A stretch of 64,000 nucleotides of DNA, from positions 1 through 64,000 of IMG/VR virus record IMGVR_UViG_3300029983_000007, one strand, 5' to 3'. Both the position numbers and the translations under genes were made by a program. A model generated the notes under the pieces. The model searched no databases, was not told the DNA's origin, and was given only the letters and a program-made list of their open reading frames with translations. Positions 1 to 8,968 of this stretch are shown piece by piece; position 1 is the stretch's first letter; every line of letters begins with the position of its first letter.

Positions 1-268
1 CACCACTCTCAGAGCCATCAACTATCTGATCACCAATAACCCAAACAACAACTCCTCCATCTTTAGTTATTCTATATAATTCCTCTACCATTGGTATAAA
101 TGGAAAACTATAACCATCAAACTCATTCTTATCTTTTACAACACCTTTATATGTTCGCAATGAACCATATGGAGGACTTGTGACTGTAAGGTCAACACTA
201 TTATCAGGCATTTTTGACATTATATCAACAGCATCACCACATATTATTTTATTCAAAAAATCATTCAT
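1..268 (-). CDS. N4-cytosine/N6-adenine DNA methyltransferase, 5' part only (runs off the window)
   Basis: Manual translation MNDFLNKIICGDAVDIMSKMPDNSVDLTVTSPPY...ELYRITKDGGVVVWVIGD contains the catalytic SPPY motif; not in the ORF track. Confidence 0.85.
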   Translation of the reverse strand, partial: MNDFLNKIICGDAVDIMSKMPDNSVDLTVTSPPYGSLRTYKGVVKDKNEFDGYSFPFIPMVEELYRITKDGGVVVWVIGDQIVDGSESG

Positions 269-401
269 ATTTATATTTATATTTATATTTATATTTATCT
301 ATCTTTTATATAAATAAAAACTTATTATGTTTAACAAAAAAAAGAGAATACAAGTTAATGTATTCTCTTTTTTTTACTAAAAATTATTATATGTAATTAA
401 A

Positions 402-833
402 TCAACTAAATATACATGCAATTAAAATATCAACAAACCCAAATCCTAAACCAATCAAAAACATTGTACCTGCAAATGAAAAATCACCAACCAAAAATGA
501 TAAAAATGAAATAACAATAAATATTAATGCTATGATAAATATTATAACACCTATCATTGGAATTTTACTTTTACTATTCCAATCAATACCTTCGAGGGTT
601 TTTTCATTTGAAGTTTTTTGATCACCACTAATACCTTCACCAGGATTGAATTTTTTCCCACATTTTAAGCAAGTTATTTTAGTTTTATTACTACCTATAA
701 ATCCTGCTAATAAACCAACACCACCTGTTAATGCTGCACCTGCAGCAGCTTTTCCAACTCCAAATCCTTTTTTTTCTGTTGATAATTGTATTGATCCACA
801 CTTAGGACATCTAATTTGATCATTATTTTTCAT
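402..833 (-). CDS. Zinc-ribbon protein with Gly-rich hydrophobic segment and C-terminal TM helices
   Basis: CPKC and CLKC pairs flank a GKAAAGAALTGGVGLLAG segment; hydrophobic C-terminus. Confidence 0.7.
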   Translation of the reverse strand: MKNNDQIRCPKCGSIQLSTEKKGFGVGKAAAGAALTGGVGLLAGFIGSNKTKITCLKCGKKFNPGEGISGDQKTSNEKTLEGIDWNSKSKIPMIGVIIFIIALIFIVISFLSFLVGDFSFAGTMFLIGLGFGFVDILIACIFS

Positions 834-929
834 ACATAAATAACTTTAACCTATACAAGTGAGGTTTTTAAATTTTATATAAAAATAATAAAATTATTTC
901 ATATATGCAAATATTTTTAATAAAATTAT

Positions 930-1118
930 TTAAAATTCTTCTTCAAATTTTTCACCTCTACTAATCAAATCATCTTTTATAAGTTTTTCAATATACTTTG
1001 ATTTATTTGTGTAACCATTCTCAGTTAAGTAAGATTCTAATTTTTCATTGAGTAATATATTCACTGAAACAGAAAACTCTTTCTTTTTCTCATCATCTGA
1101 TAGTTTTTTCCTAGACAT
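930..1118 (-). CDS. Small ribbon-helix-helix-like DNA-binding protein
   Basis: Beta-strand FSVSVN, a helix, then NKSKYIEKLIKDDL, a typical RHH pattern. Confidence 0.6.
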   Translation of the reverse strand: MSRKKLSDDEKKKEFSVSVNILLNEKLESYLTENGYTNKSKYIEKLIKDDLISRGEKFEEEF

Positions 1119-1241
1119 AAATAATTTTTTATTTTTATATCGTAAAAATCAAAAAAAGATTGAAATATTTTTAAAATAATTGTAAAATAATTGTTTTTGA
1201 CTTTAAAATATTTATATATACTATAAAATAAAGAACATAAC

Positions 1242-1409
1242 ATGAAAAGACAAGTAACAAAAAAATCTATGACAGTTGTAATAGATAAGAATATATATGA
1301 AGCAATTGAACGTTTATTCTGTAACAAATCTAAATATATAAATTGGCTTATATATCAGGACTTATTGAAGAATACTAATGATGAAGAAATTAAAAAATTA
1401 TTATTGTAA
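1242..1409 (+). CDS. Small ribbon-helix-helix-like protein (55 aa), paralog of 930..1118
   Basis: Manual translation MKRQVTKKSMTVVIDKNIYEAIERLFCNKSKYINWLIYQDLLKNTNDEEIKKLLL; preceded by a TATATATA motif. Confidence 0.6.
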   Translation: MKRQVTKKSMTVVIDKNIYEAIERLFCNKSKYINWLIYQDLLKNTNDEEIKKLLL

Positions 1410-1410
1410 A

Positions 1411-2676
1411 ATGAAGAAATTAACTACAGAAGAATTTATACAGAAAGCAAAAAATGTACATGAAGATAAATATGATTATTCATTAGTTGAATATATAAAT
1501 TCATATACTAAGGTGAAAATAATATGTCCTACACACGGCATATTTGAACAAAAACCGAATGGTCATTTAGATAAAAAAGGTTGTTCAGAGTGTAGTGGTA
1601 ATAAGAAATTATCTAAAGATGAATTTATACAAAAATCAAAAAATATACATGGTAATAAATATAATTACAGTTTAGTGAATTATTTTAATTCTAAAACAAA
1701 AGTTAAAATTATATGCGAAAAACATGGCATTTTCGAACAAAATGCAAATAGTCATATTATAGGATATGAATGTTCAAAATGTAGTTATAATGATAGATAT
1801 GTATTTATTGAAAAATCTAAACAGATACATGGTAATAAATATGACTATTCTTTAGTTAATTATACAAATGCATTAAATAAAATAATTATAATATGTCCTG
1901 AACACGGTGAATTTACACAATTACCATATAATCATTTAAGTGGTAATGGTTGTAAAGAATGTTGCACATTAAATAAAAAATTAAAAATTGATGAATTTAT
2001 ACAAAAATCTATGGTTACACATGGAGATAAGTATGATTATTCTTTAGTTAATTATAAAGATAGTAAAACAAAAGTTAAAATTATATGCAAAAAACATGGG
2101 GTATTTGAACAAAAACCAAATGAACATTTAAATGGTAAAGGATGTGCAAGGTGTTTTAATACATTCAAATTAACAACAACTGAATTTATAATTAAATCAA
2201 AGGAAATACATGAAAATAAATACAATTACAGTTTGGTGAATTATGTTAATTCCAAAACAAAGGTTAAAATTATATGTTCTATACATGGCATTTTCGAACA
2301 AATACCTAATTGTCATACAGCACAAAAACAAGGATGCCCGATATGTAAAGAAAGTAAAGGTGAAAGAATTATTAGACAATTTTTATTGAAAAATAATATA
2401 ATTTTTATAACACAGAAAACATTTAGTAAATGTTTATCAGATAAAAATAAAAAGTTAAAATTTGATTTTTATTCAATAGACTATAATATGTGCATAGAAT
2501 ATGATGGTATTCAGCATTTTGAATCTGTTGAATATTGGGGAGGTGAAAAAGATTTCATAAAAAGACAAATGTATGATCAAATAAAAAACGAATATTGTTT
2601 AAAAAACAATATTCGTTTAATACGAATTAGATATGATGAAAATATAGAAGAAATACTAAATAGTTATTTTTTATAA
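1411..2676 (+). CDS. Homing endonuclease: five DUF723-like zinc repeats plus C-terminal PD-(D/E)XK/Vsr-like nuclease
   Basis: 5x YDYSLVxY...KVKIIC..HG.FEQ...H...GC..C; FDFY...IEYDGIQHF; ATG at 1411 follows the upstream stop (ORF track starts at 1378). Confidence 0.85.
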   Translation: MKKLTTEEFIQKAKNVHEDKYDYSLVEYINSYTKVKIICPTHGIFEQKPNGHLDKKGCSECSGNKKLSKDEFIQKSKNIHGNKYNYSLVNYFNSKTKVKIICEKHGIFEQNANSHIIGYECSKCSYNDRYVFIEKSKQIHGNKYDYSLVNYTNALNKIIIICPEHGEFTQLPYNHLSGNGCKECCTLNKKLKIDEFIQKSMVTHGDKYDYSLVNYKDSKTKVKIICKKHGVFEQKPNEHLNGKGCARCFNTFKLTTTEFIIKSKEIHENKYNYSLVNYVNSKTKVKIICSIHGIFEQIPNCHTAQKQGCPICKESKGERIIRQFLLKNNIIFITQKTFSKCLSDKNKKLKFDFYSIDYNMCIEYDGIQHFESVEYWGGEKDFIKRQMYDQIKNEYCLKNNIRLIRIRYDENIEEILNSYFL

Positions 2677-3851
2677 TTATTAATATGTATATATTTCATT
2701 GTTTCAACCATTGTAGGATCACCAATTGCCTTAATTGCATCATCTGATAACTTAACACAAGGAATTCCATTTGCACTAGTAAGTTTAATTACCATGTTCA
2801 TTGGTTTACTTTTTTCACATTTATTACTTTTTTTTGAAAAATCCGATGTCAGAAAAGTTCCAATTCCCATTGAACAACGTATTTTACCTTTACAATAGTC
2901 AACAATTTTTAAAGATCTATCAATATCTAAACCATTGCTATATACAATAATCTTAGTAGTTGGATCAATATTTAACTTTTTATAATGAGCAATCATTTTA
3001 TCAGTATAAGTATATTCTGATCCTGAATCCCAGCGTGTACCATCCCATAATTTTGAGTCTTCCAAAGAGAAATCTTTTAAGAATGAATCAATACCGAATG
3101 TATCTGGAAGCATAGTACCCAAATCTCCACTATAAGTTTGTTGCCATTTTTTCATAACAACTTTATTCGGATGATTCAAACTTTCTAATGCTGCTACACC
3201 TGAAATAATTTCATGAGCCAAAGTTCCTACGCATCTAACATCATGTTTCATAGATAGATACGGATTACTTGTGCCTACAAATACTGAATATTTTTTCAAT
3301 TCTCTAACAACCATATCTTGAACCGAGAAATCTCTCCTACGGCGAGTTCCAAAATCAGCTAATGATGCGCCAGCATCACTTAATGTTTTTCCTTTTGAAT
3401 TAATCAATTCAATTTGTCCATCCATACTCCAATCTTTATCCATCACTTTGAAGTACACTTCAGATATAATTGCCATCAATGGAACTTCCCATAATATTGT
3501 ATCTCTCCAAAAACCACTAATATTAATATTTAGTTCACCATTTTTTTCATGAGTAATATAAACTTGTTCAGGATTAAATCTGTAAGCCGCTAAATATTGA
3601 CGATAAGAAACTGGTAGATATTTAAATTTTTCTTTTAAAAAGTCATATTCTTCATCTGTTAATTTCAATTTAGACATCATATTGATTTGTTTTTTAATCA
3701 TTTTGAATGCTTCATCATTAAAAATCATAGATTTATCACGATTGCTAAATGTATATTCACATTCTACATCAGGGTAGTGCTGAATTACAAAATTTTGCAT
3801 ACTTAACTTGTAGATGTCAGTATCTAAGATACTTTTGATAATTTGCTTCAT
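2664..3851 (-). CDS. pncB: Nicotinate phosphoribosyltransferase
   Basis: SILDTDIYKLSM, DFGTRRR, GTSN, GTLAHE, LPDTFG, GTRWDSG and MVIKL motifs. Confidence 0.92.
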   Translation of the reverse strand: MKQIIKSILDTDIYKLSMQNFVIQHYPDVECEYTFSNRDKSMIFNDEAFKMIKKQINMMSKLKLTDEEYDFLKEKFKYLPVSYRQYLAAYRFNPEQVYITHEKNGELNINISGFWRDTILWEVPLMAIISEVYFKVMDKDWSMDGQIELINSKGKTLSDAGASLADFGTRRRRDFSVQDMVVRELKKYSVFVGTSNPYLSMKHDVRCVGTLAHEIISGVAALESLNHPNKVVMKKWQQTYSGDLGTMLPDTFGIDSFLKDFSLEDSKLWDGTRWDSGSEYTYTDKMIAHYKKLNIDPTTKIIVYSNGLDIDRSLKIVDYCKGKIRCSMGIGTFLTSDFSKKSNKCEKSKPMNMVIKLTSANGIPCVKLSDDAIKAIGDPTMVETMKYIHINNYKK

Positions 3852-3876
3852 TATTTTTAAATTTTTAAATTATTTA

Positions 3877-3906
3877 CAAAGATAATACTATTATTTCAAA
3901 ATACAA
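3877..3906 (-). promoter_or_regulatory. Bacteroidota-type housekeeping sigma promoter for pncB
   Basis: Minus strand TTG-N19-TATCTTTG. Confidence 0.65.
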
Positions 3907-3919
3907 TAAAATATCAGTT

Positions 3920-4543
3920 TTATTTTTTTGAATATGGATTTTTACTTAAATAAGAATTATAATATTTCTTATTACTTGTAACTTCTTCTCCTAACCATTC
4001 TGGTTTTTCATAAGATTCATTTTCACTTTGAAGTTCAACCTCAGCCATTGTTAATCCTTCATTATCTCCATGAAATTCATCAACTTCAAATATATGATTT
4101 CCAACTTGAATATTATAACGAGTCTTATCAATTTTACCATCTCTACACAATAGAAGTAACTCTTTTGCCTCATCAACTAATATTTCTTTTTCAAACTCAT
4201 AACGAGATACACCAGTTTCATTAAGTTTACCTTTAATAGTTATATAGGCTTTATCACTTTTGATACGAATTCTAATAGAAGGATTTTCTGATATATATCC
4301 TTGAATAATATGATATTCATTAACAGCTAATGATTTATATTCACCTTTAACAAGAAATTTTCTTTCAATTTCTTGTGGCATAGGCTTTCTATCCATTTGT
4401 TTTAAAATTTTTTGTTGAATATCAATAATACACAATGTTATCTCATATATTCTATTTTTTATTTCTTCAGTTTGTTCTAGACTTTCAAGATATTTCAATC
4501 TACCATCCATACAATCATATATTTCTTTATACATTCCAATCAT
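3920..4543 (-). CDS. CYTH-domain protein (adenylate cyclase/triphosphatase fold); domain begins at Met55 (4381)
   Basis: EIERKFLV, RIRIK, FEKE, IDKTRY, FEVDEF, AEVE and KYYNSYL motifs. Confidence 0.88.
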   Translation of the reverse strand: MIGMYKEIYDCMDGRLKYLESLEQTEEIKNRIYEITLCIIDIQQKILKQMDRKPMPQEIERKFLVKGEYKSLAVNEYHIIQGYISENPSIRIRIKSDKAYITIKGKLNETGVSRYEFEKEILVDEAKELLLLCRDGKIDKTRYNIQVGNHIFEVDEFHGDNEGLTMAEVELQSENESYEKPEWLGEEVTSNKKYYNSYLSKNPYSKK

Positions 4544-4835
4544 AGTTTTTATTTTTTATTTTATCAAGTTCTTCTAATTTTTCTTTTCTAACTTCTATTA
4601 GTGTTTTTTCTGGTTTTTCAACCCAACTATTTGATTCACTTACTTCCCATCTCCACCTATACAAATCAAATTTTTTCTGTTTGATTTCCACATATCCGTG
4701 CAAATTAAAATCACGACCAATTGGACGCATATACAAATCATAATATTCATTTGGAATATTCTTGATAATCTCTGAATTAAATATTTGTTCACAAACAATA
4801 TGACCACTTGTTGAATTTTTATAATATTTGTTCAT
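4527..4835 (-). CDS. Hypothetical protein with C-terminal RKEKLEEL tag
   Basis: ORF in a tightly overlapping operon. Confidence 0.6.
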   Translation of the reverse strand: MNKYYKNSTSGHIVCEQIFNSEIIKNIPNEYYDLYMRPIGRDFNLHGYVEIKQKKFDLYRWRWEVSESNSWVEKPEKTLIEVRKEKLEELDKIKNKNYDWNV

Positions 4836-5076
4836 TTATTTTTTCTAATTTTTCTTTTCTTATTATTAATAAAGCTTTACTATAATATTGTGCTATATGT
4901 CCTGTATTTTTTTCATATGAATGTTGCATACAGAATACATATTGTGTTATTGGTTCTTCAAAACCTAAAGAGTGAAGCCAATTATCATAATCTTTAAGAA
5001 AAAGATAATATGCAAGTTCATCTAAATAACTACAATTTCCTAAATTCCAATATCCTAAAGATTTATCTATGTTCAT
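4819..5076 (-). CDS. Hypothetical protein with C-terminal RKEKLEKI tag
   Basis: ORF in operon. Confidence 0.6.
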   Translation of the reverse strand: MNIDKSLGYWNLGNCSYLDELAYYLFLKDYDNWLHSLGFEEPITQYVFCMQHSYEKNTGHIAQYYSKALLIIRKEKLEKINEQIL

Positions 5077-5395
5077 TTTTATCTATGATACGATTAATTT
5101 TCATTTTATCAGCAAGAATCCATGCTCCACCTTGGGATTCAGGTCTATCATAAGTTTTTATACCTTCAACTTCAACTTCTACCCATACTCTTATTTCGCC
5201 ACTTAATAGTTTTTCTTTCAAGTGTGGCGCACTTGGAGTGAAACAACAATGCCAACCAAATCTCTCAGCAAATCCATTTGTAGGTATAAACTCAGCATTC
5301 ATCCAAACATTCAATGAATATACTTCTTTAGCATTTATAAACAAACTACCAAGAGTACCATTCTTTCTTTGTTTCATTAATTTATATGCTATCAT
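5063..5395 (-). CDS. Conserved phage hypothetical protein
   Basis: ORF in operon; GFAERFGWHC...PHL...QGGAW pattern. Confidence 0.6.
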   Translation of the reverse strand: MIAYKLMKQRKNGTLGSLFINAKEVYSLNVWMNAEFIPTNGFAERFGWHCCFTPSAPHLKEKLLSGEIRVWVEVEVEGIKTYDRPESQGGAWILADKMKINRIIDKNEHR

Positions 5396-5628
5396 TTTAA
5401 ATTATTTAGTTTTTTAAGTTTTCGTTTTCTATATTCAGATAATGTTTCAAATTCATCTGACATAAATGGTACACATGTTTCAAATCCAACCAATACATAT
5501 AAATCATAACCATGATGATGATTTACATATTTTATTGTATAATTTGAATCAAGAATTAATTCATCATAAACTATTTTATCAGGAGCATAACCAGTATATA
5601 TGACTCTATCACCTTTTTTGCATATCAT
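5392..5628 (-). CDS. Small SH3/KOW-like protein with RKRKLKKL tag
   Basis: KKGDRVIYTG start; paralogous to 5630..5869. Confidence 0.55.
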   Translation of the reverse strand: MICKKGDRVIYTGYAPDKIVYDELILDSNYTIKYVNHHHGYDLYVLVGFETCVPFMSDEFETLSEYRKRKLKKLNNLK

Positions 5629-5629
5629 A

Positions 5630-5869
5630 CTATAATTTTAAGTTTTTTAGTTTTTTAAGTTTTAGTTTTCTATATTCAGATAATTTTTTAAATTCATTGA
5701 AATTAAATGGTATATCAAATCCAAATAATAAATATCCTGAACTATTACGTATACAGCTTATATCTTTCACAATATAAATTGAATTTTTAGTCAACAACCA
5801 ATTCACATGATGATAAAGTTCACCAATATAAACAACTTTATCTCCAGCTTTTGCTAGATTTTTTATCAC
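5630..5869 (-). CDS. Small SH3/KOW-like protein with RKLKLKKL tag
   Basis: KAGDKVVYIG; LSEYRK shared with the neighbouring gene. Confidence 0.55.
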   Translation of the reverse strand: MIKNLAKAGDKVVYIGELYHHVNWLLTKNSIYIVKDISCIRNSSGYLLFGFDIPFNFNEFKKLSEYRKLKLKKLKNLKL

Positions 5870-5879
5870 AATCTAAATC

Positions 5880-6557
5880 TTAAATTACTTCAATTTCATC
5901 AGCAGAATTAACAACTACAATCCTACTACCAACACTATTGACTTTATATTTTTCAACTAAAGAATCTACATAGTTTTTAACATCTTCATCAGAGCCAATA
6001 CCTCGACAGCCACCAAGGTTAAGAATGACATCAAAACCAGCATCAAGCAAATCTTCAACTGTTGAACCTACACAGTAGTTTGTAGCTAATCCTGCTACAA
6101 TAACAGTATCAATATGTTTAGCTATATACCATTCAATAAGTCCTGTTGATATTTTTTTATTTAAGTCATGATAACAACTTGAATAAGGATGTAAATCTGG
6201 TTCAAATCCTTTTGCAACAAAGAAATCATACTCACACATTTTAGGAAGTCCTGCTATAAGTTCAGAACCAAATGTACCTGATATACAATGAGATTTCCAA
6301 GCAATGTCTACATTTTCTCCTTCTACTGGTGAAAATTGAGGTTGGCTATCATTAGCTATCCAAATTGAATTAATAGGATGCATATCTTTAGATACAGTCT
6401 TATATTTCACAAGATTATTTTGCTTATTCAATTCATCTACAATTTCATTACCACCTATTACAGGCAACTCATCTGGACACAATGGAGTAAATCCATTTTG
6501 AGGATCTACATTGTGGCTTGCTGTCAAATTTTTAAATACTGTTATTTTTTTATACAT
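5880..6557 (-). CDS. pncA: Nicotinamidase/pyrazinamidase
   Basis: VDPQNGF (catalytic Asp), D.H, W..HC, KG, and GLATNYCV (catalytic Cys). Confidence 0.9.
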   Translation of the reverse strand: MYKKITVFKNLTASHNVDPQNGFTPLCPDELPVIGGNEIVDELNKQNNLVKYKTVSKDMHPINSIWIANDSQPQFSPVEGENVDIAWKSHCISGTFGSELIAGLPKMCEYDFFVAKGFEPDLHPYSSCYHDLNKKISTGLIEWYIAKHIDTVIVAGLATNYCVGSTVEDLLDAGFDVILNLGGCRGIGSDEDVKNYVDSLVEKYKVNSVGSRIVVVNSADEIEVI

Positions 6558-6561
6558 TGTG

Positions 6562-6900
6562 TTATTTTTTAATTTTTTGTTTATAATATGCTTCTACTTT
6601 TTCAAAATGTTCTGGCCATTTGTCAATTAAATTTGTATTAGAAAAATCAATTCTTATTTTTATAGCTGGTATATTATTTTTTACATAAAATCTTTTTCTT
6701 GTGTCTATTGAATTAACAGTATTTGTAAATAAAGAATTAATATCACAACTATAAATAAATATAAATTCTTCAAATCTTGAAATATCTTTTTTTATATCAT
6801 GTAAATTAACAAAACCTAAGTCATGTTTACCAACTTTTATTTGTTCTTTATAATTGGTTTCAAATATTTTACGATATTCAAGATATTTTTCTAATTTCAT
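6562..6900 (-). CDS. Hypothetical protein
   Basis: ORF track, in operon. Confidence 0.55.
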   Translation of the reverse strand: MKLEKYLEYRKIFETNYKEQIKVGKHDLGFVNLHDIKKDISRFEEFIFIYSCDINSLFTNTVNSIDTRKRFYVKNNIPAIKIRIDFSNTNLIDKWPEHFEKVEAYYKQKIKK

Positions 6901-6901
6901 T

Positions 6902-7075
6902 TTACCAATGTATTTTTATATGTTCTAAATAATCATTATAATTTTCATCTAATATATCAATCATGTTTGCATATCCAATATCTTGAATTGCTATTTTAAT
7001 GCCATCTTTTTCAATTACTTCACCTTTTGTGAGTTTTTTAAAATCTTCTTCGTCTAATAATATATTTTTTGCCAT
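6902..7075 (-). CDS. Hypothetical protein (57 aa)
   Basis: Manual translation MAKNILLDEEDFKKLTKGEVIEKDGIKIAIQDIG...; fills the operon gap. Confidence 0.55.
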   Translation of the reverse strand: MAKNILLDEEDFKKLTKGEVIEKDGIKIAIQDIGYANMIDILDENYNDYLEHIKIHW

Positions 7076-7089
7076 AATTTTTTAATATT

Positions 7090-7428
7090 TTAACACCAAC
7101 CTGATTGTTCATTTATCTTTTTAATTTTTTCATCATCAGTGACTAATGAAACTTCAGAGCCAATTAGATTTCTCAAATCAAAATCTTTCATATTATCAAA
7201 TTTTGTTGCATAATAGCCTACTTCACAAGCATCTACAATCAAGTTTTCACCTTTAATAGAAATGTCTTTTGTTTCAAAGTGATGTGTTTTATTATCAAAA
7301 ATCACATCAATATACTTACCTATTGTTATATTGACATTTGTTTCAAATGTAATATAGGTACCTTTTTTTACTTTTCTTCCTGATGATACTATTACAGCAT
7401 CTATTACTTTACCTAAATAATTTTCCAT
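7090..7428 (-). CDS. Hypothetical protein
   Basis: First gene behind the promoter at 7449-7479. Confidence 0.6.
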   Translation of the reverse strand: MENYLGKVIDAVIVSSGRKVKKGTYITFETNVNITIGKYIDVIFDNKTHHFETKDISIKGENLIVDACEVGYYATKFDNMKDFDLRNLIGSEVSLVTDDEKIKKINEQSGWC

Positions 7429-7448
7429 ATTTTATATTTATTTTTGTA

Positions 7449-7479
7449 CAAAGATATAACTAATTTTTATAATATCAAA
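7449..7479 (-). promoter_or_regulatory. Bacteroidota-type promoter; a divergent -7 box TATATTTG lies at 7520-7527 on +
   Basis: Minus strand TTTG-N19-TATCTTTG. Confidence 0.65.
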
Positions 7480-7547
7480 ATAAATTGAGATAATATTTTT
7501 TTATTTGAATATAATTTATTATATTTGTAATACAAATTAAAAACAAA

Positions 7548-7862
7548 ATGTCAATAGTAATTAAAGAAATAAACAATGAACAATGGCTACACTCTATTGG
7601 TGATATTCCTATAAATTTTACACCATATACGAATAGTAATAGAGGAACTTTTAGTGTATCTATTAGAATTGGTAAAATAAAATATTCTAATTTAATAGTT
7701 GATGAAATATATGACTTAGATTACGATAAAGATTTTATGATAATAGAAAGAATAAAACAAGTAAAACATGAAGATGGACTTATATATGATGATTTAATAT
7801 TTATAAATAAATCTCAATATTTAAAATACACAAGAAAACAAAAACTAAAACAAATACAATGA
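7548..7862 (+). CDS. Hypothetical protein with RKQKLKQI tag
   Basis: ORF track. Confidence 0.55.
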   Translation: MSIVIKEINNEQWLHSIGDIPINFTPYTNSNRGTFSVSIRIGKIKYSNLIVDEIYDLDYDKDFMIIERIKQVKHEDGLIYDDLIFINKSQYLKYTRKQKLKQIQ

Positions 7863-8245
7863 AATTAACGGAAGAACAAATAGATAAAATAAACAGTGAA
7901 TGTACAATATCCGATCAGGGAGTATTCATAGAACCATATGGATGTGATGGCATTAAAGAATTAGTAATTTATATGCGTTGGTCTGAAGGTGGTGCGCAAG
8001 GTGGTAATTGTTGGAATGATGATGAACCTGAAGAATATGATGGAGAAGGTAAACCAAAATTCAAAGTTCTTGATATGGTTTTAGAAATATTAACACCAGG
8101 TATGACATATTTACAATATAAAGCAGTAGAAGAATTGTTGATATCAACAACTAAACATGAATGGGAATATTACGGTAACTATGATAATTATGGTATAGAG
8201 TATATTAAATTAAAGGATTTGATAGATTTATTAGAAACTTTTTAA
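7859..8245 (+). CDS. Conserved phage hypothetical protein
   Basis: ORF track; W..GG..GGNCW motif. Confidence 0.6.
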   Translation: MKLTEEQIDKINSECTISDQGVFIEPYGCDGIKELVIYMRWSEGGAQGGNCWNDDEPEEYDGEGKPKFKVLDMVLEILTPGMTYLQYKAVEELLISTTKHEWEYYGNYDNYGIEYIKLKDLIDLLETF

Positions 8246-8255
8246 ATTTTTTAAT

Positions 8256-8285
8256 AAAAAGAGAGCCTAAGTGCTCTCTTTTTTT
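8256..8285 (+). terminator. Intrinsic terminator
   Basis: AAAAAGAGAGC-ctaagt-GCTCTCTTTTTTT. Confidence 0.75.
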
Positions 8286-8366
8286 ATTTATTTAACCAAA
8301 TATAATTAGTGTATCTTTATATAATTATCTATCTTTGCATTAAATAATCATTAAAAAAATAATTTT

Positions 8367-8789
8367 ATGAAAACAGTTTTTAAAGTAAAATTAATAGACG
8401 GCGGTTGGGTATTTTGGAACCAATTTGGTATTATAATTAGTATTAGTACTGATAATGAAGGAATTCATTTAAATAAATATATTAGTCAATATAAAGTTAT
8501 TACTGAAACAGTATGTCAATTTACTGGGATAACTGATAAAAATAACATTGATATTTTTGAAAATGATTTATTATCAGATGGTAATATAATTTATAAAGTT
8601 GAATGGAATCAACAAAATACCTGTTGGTGGATTAATCCAATAAAAACAATAAAAAAATCTGAAATATCAGAAAAAGATAGTTTCATAACACTAGTACTAA
8701 GCAATGAAAAACTAGGAAATGGGTATTATTCAAGAAGAGATATGGAAGTAATAGGAAATACAATAGATGACTTAAACTTACTATCATAA
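8367..8789 (+). CDS. YopX-family protein
   Basis: TVCQFTGITDKN..DIFENDLL...EVIGN. Confidence 0.75.
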   Translation: MKTVFKVKLIDGGWVFWNQFGIIISISTDNEGIHLNKYISQYKVITETVCQFTGITDKNNIDIFENDLLSDGNIIYKVEWNQQNTCWWINPIKTIKKSEISEKDSFITLVLSNEKLGNGYYSRRDMEVIGNTIDDLNLLS

Positions 8790-8968
8790 ATAATAAGTAA
8801 TCTATTGATTAATAGACACATACAAAACAATTTATATATAATATATATAGTATATATATCATGATCTTGCATGTTTTTATAATTATACATGAAAATCAGG
8901 TGTTTAGTCACCTGATTTTTATTTTTTATTTGATTAAACTTTATTATTTGATTTTTATATCATGAATT

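Noticed and set aside
214-396. ORF 214..396 and the (ATATTT)n run near 267-296
   Set aside because: The ORF overlaps the MTase start on the other strand and its YL repeat comes from a microsatellite; no function is evident.
8815-8860. TA-rich palindrome upstream of primase as a replication origin; ORF 8726..8911
   Set aside because: No iterons and indistinguishable from AT-rich background. The ORF runs through a terminator and looks spurious.
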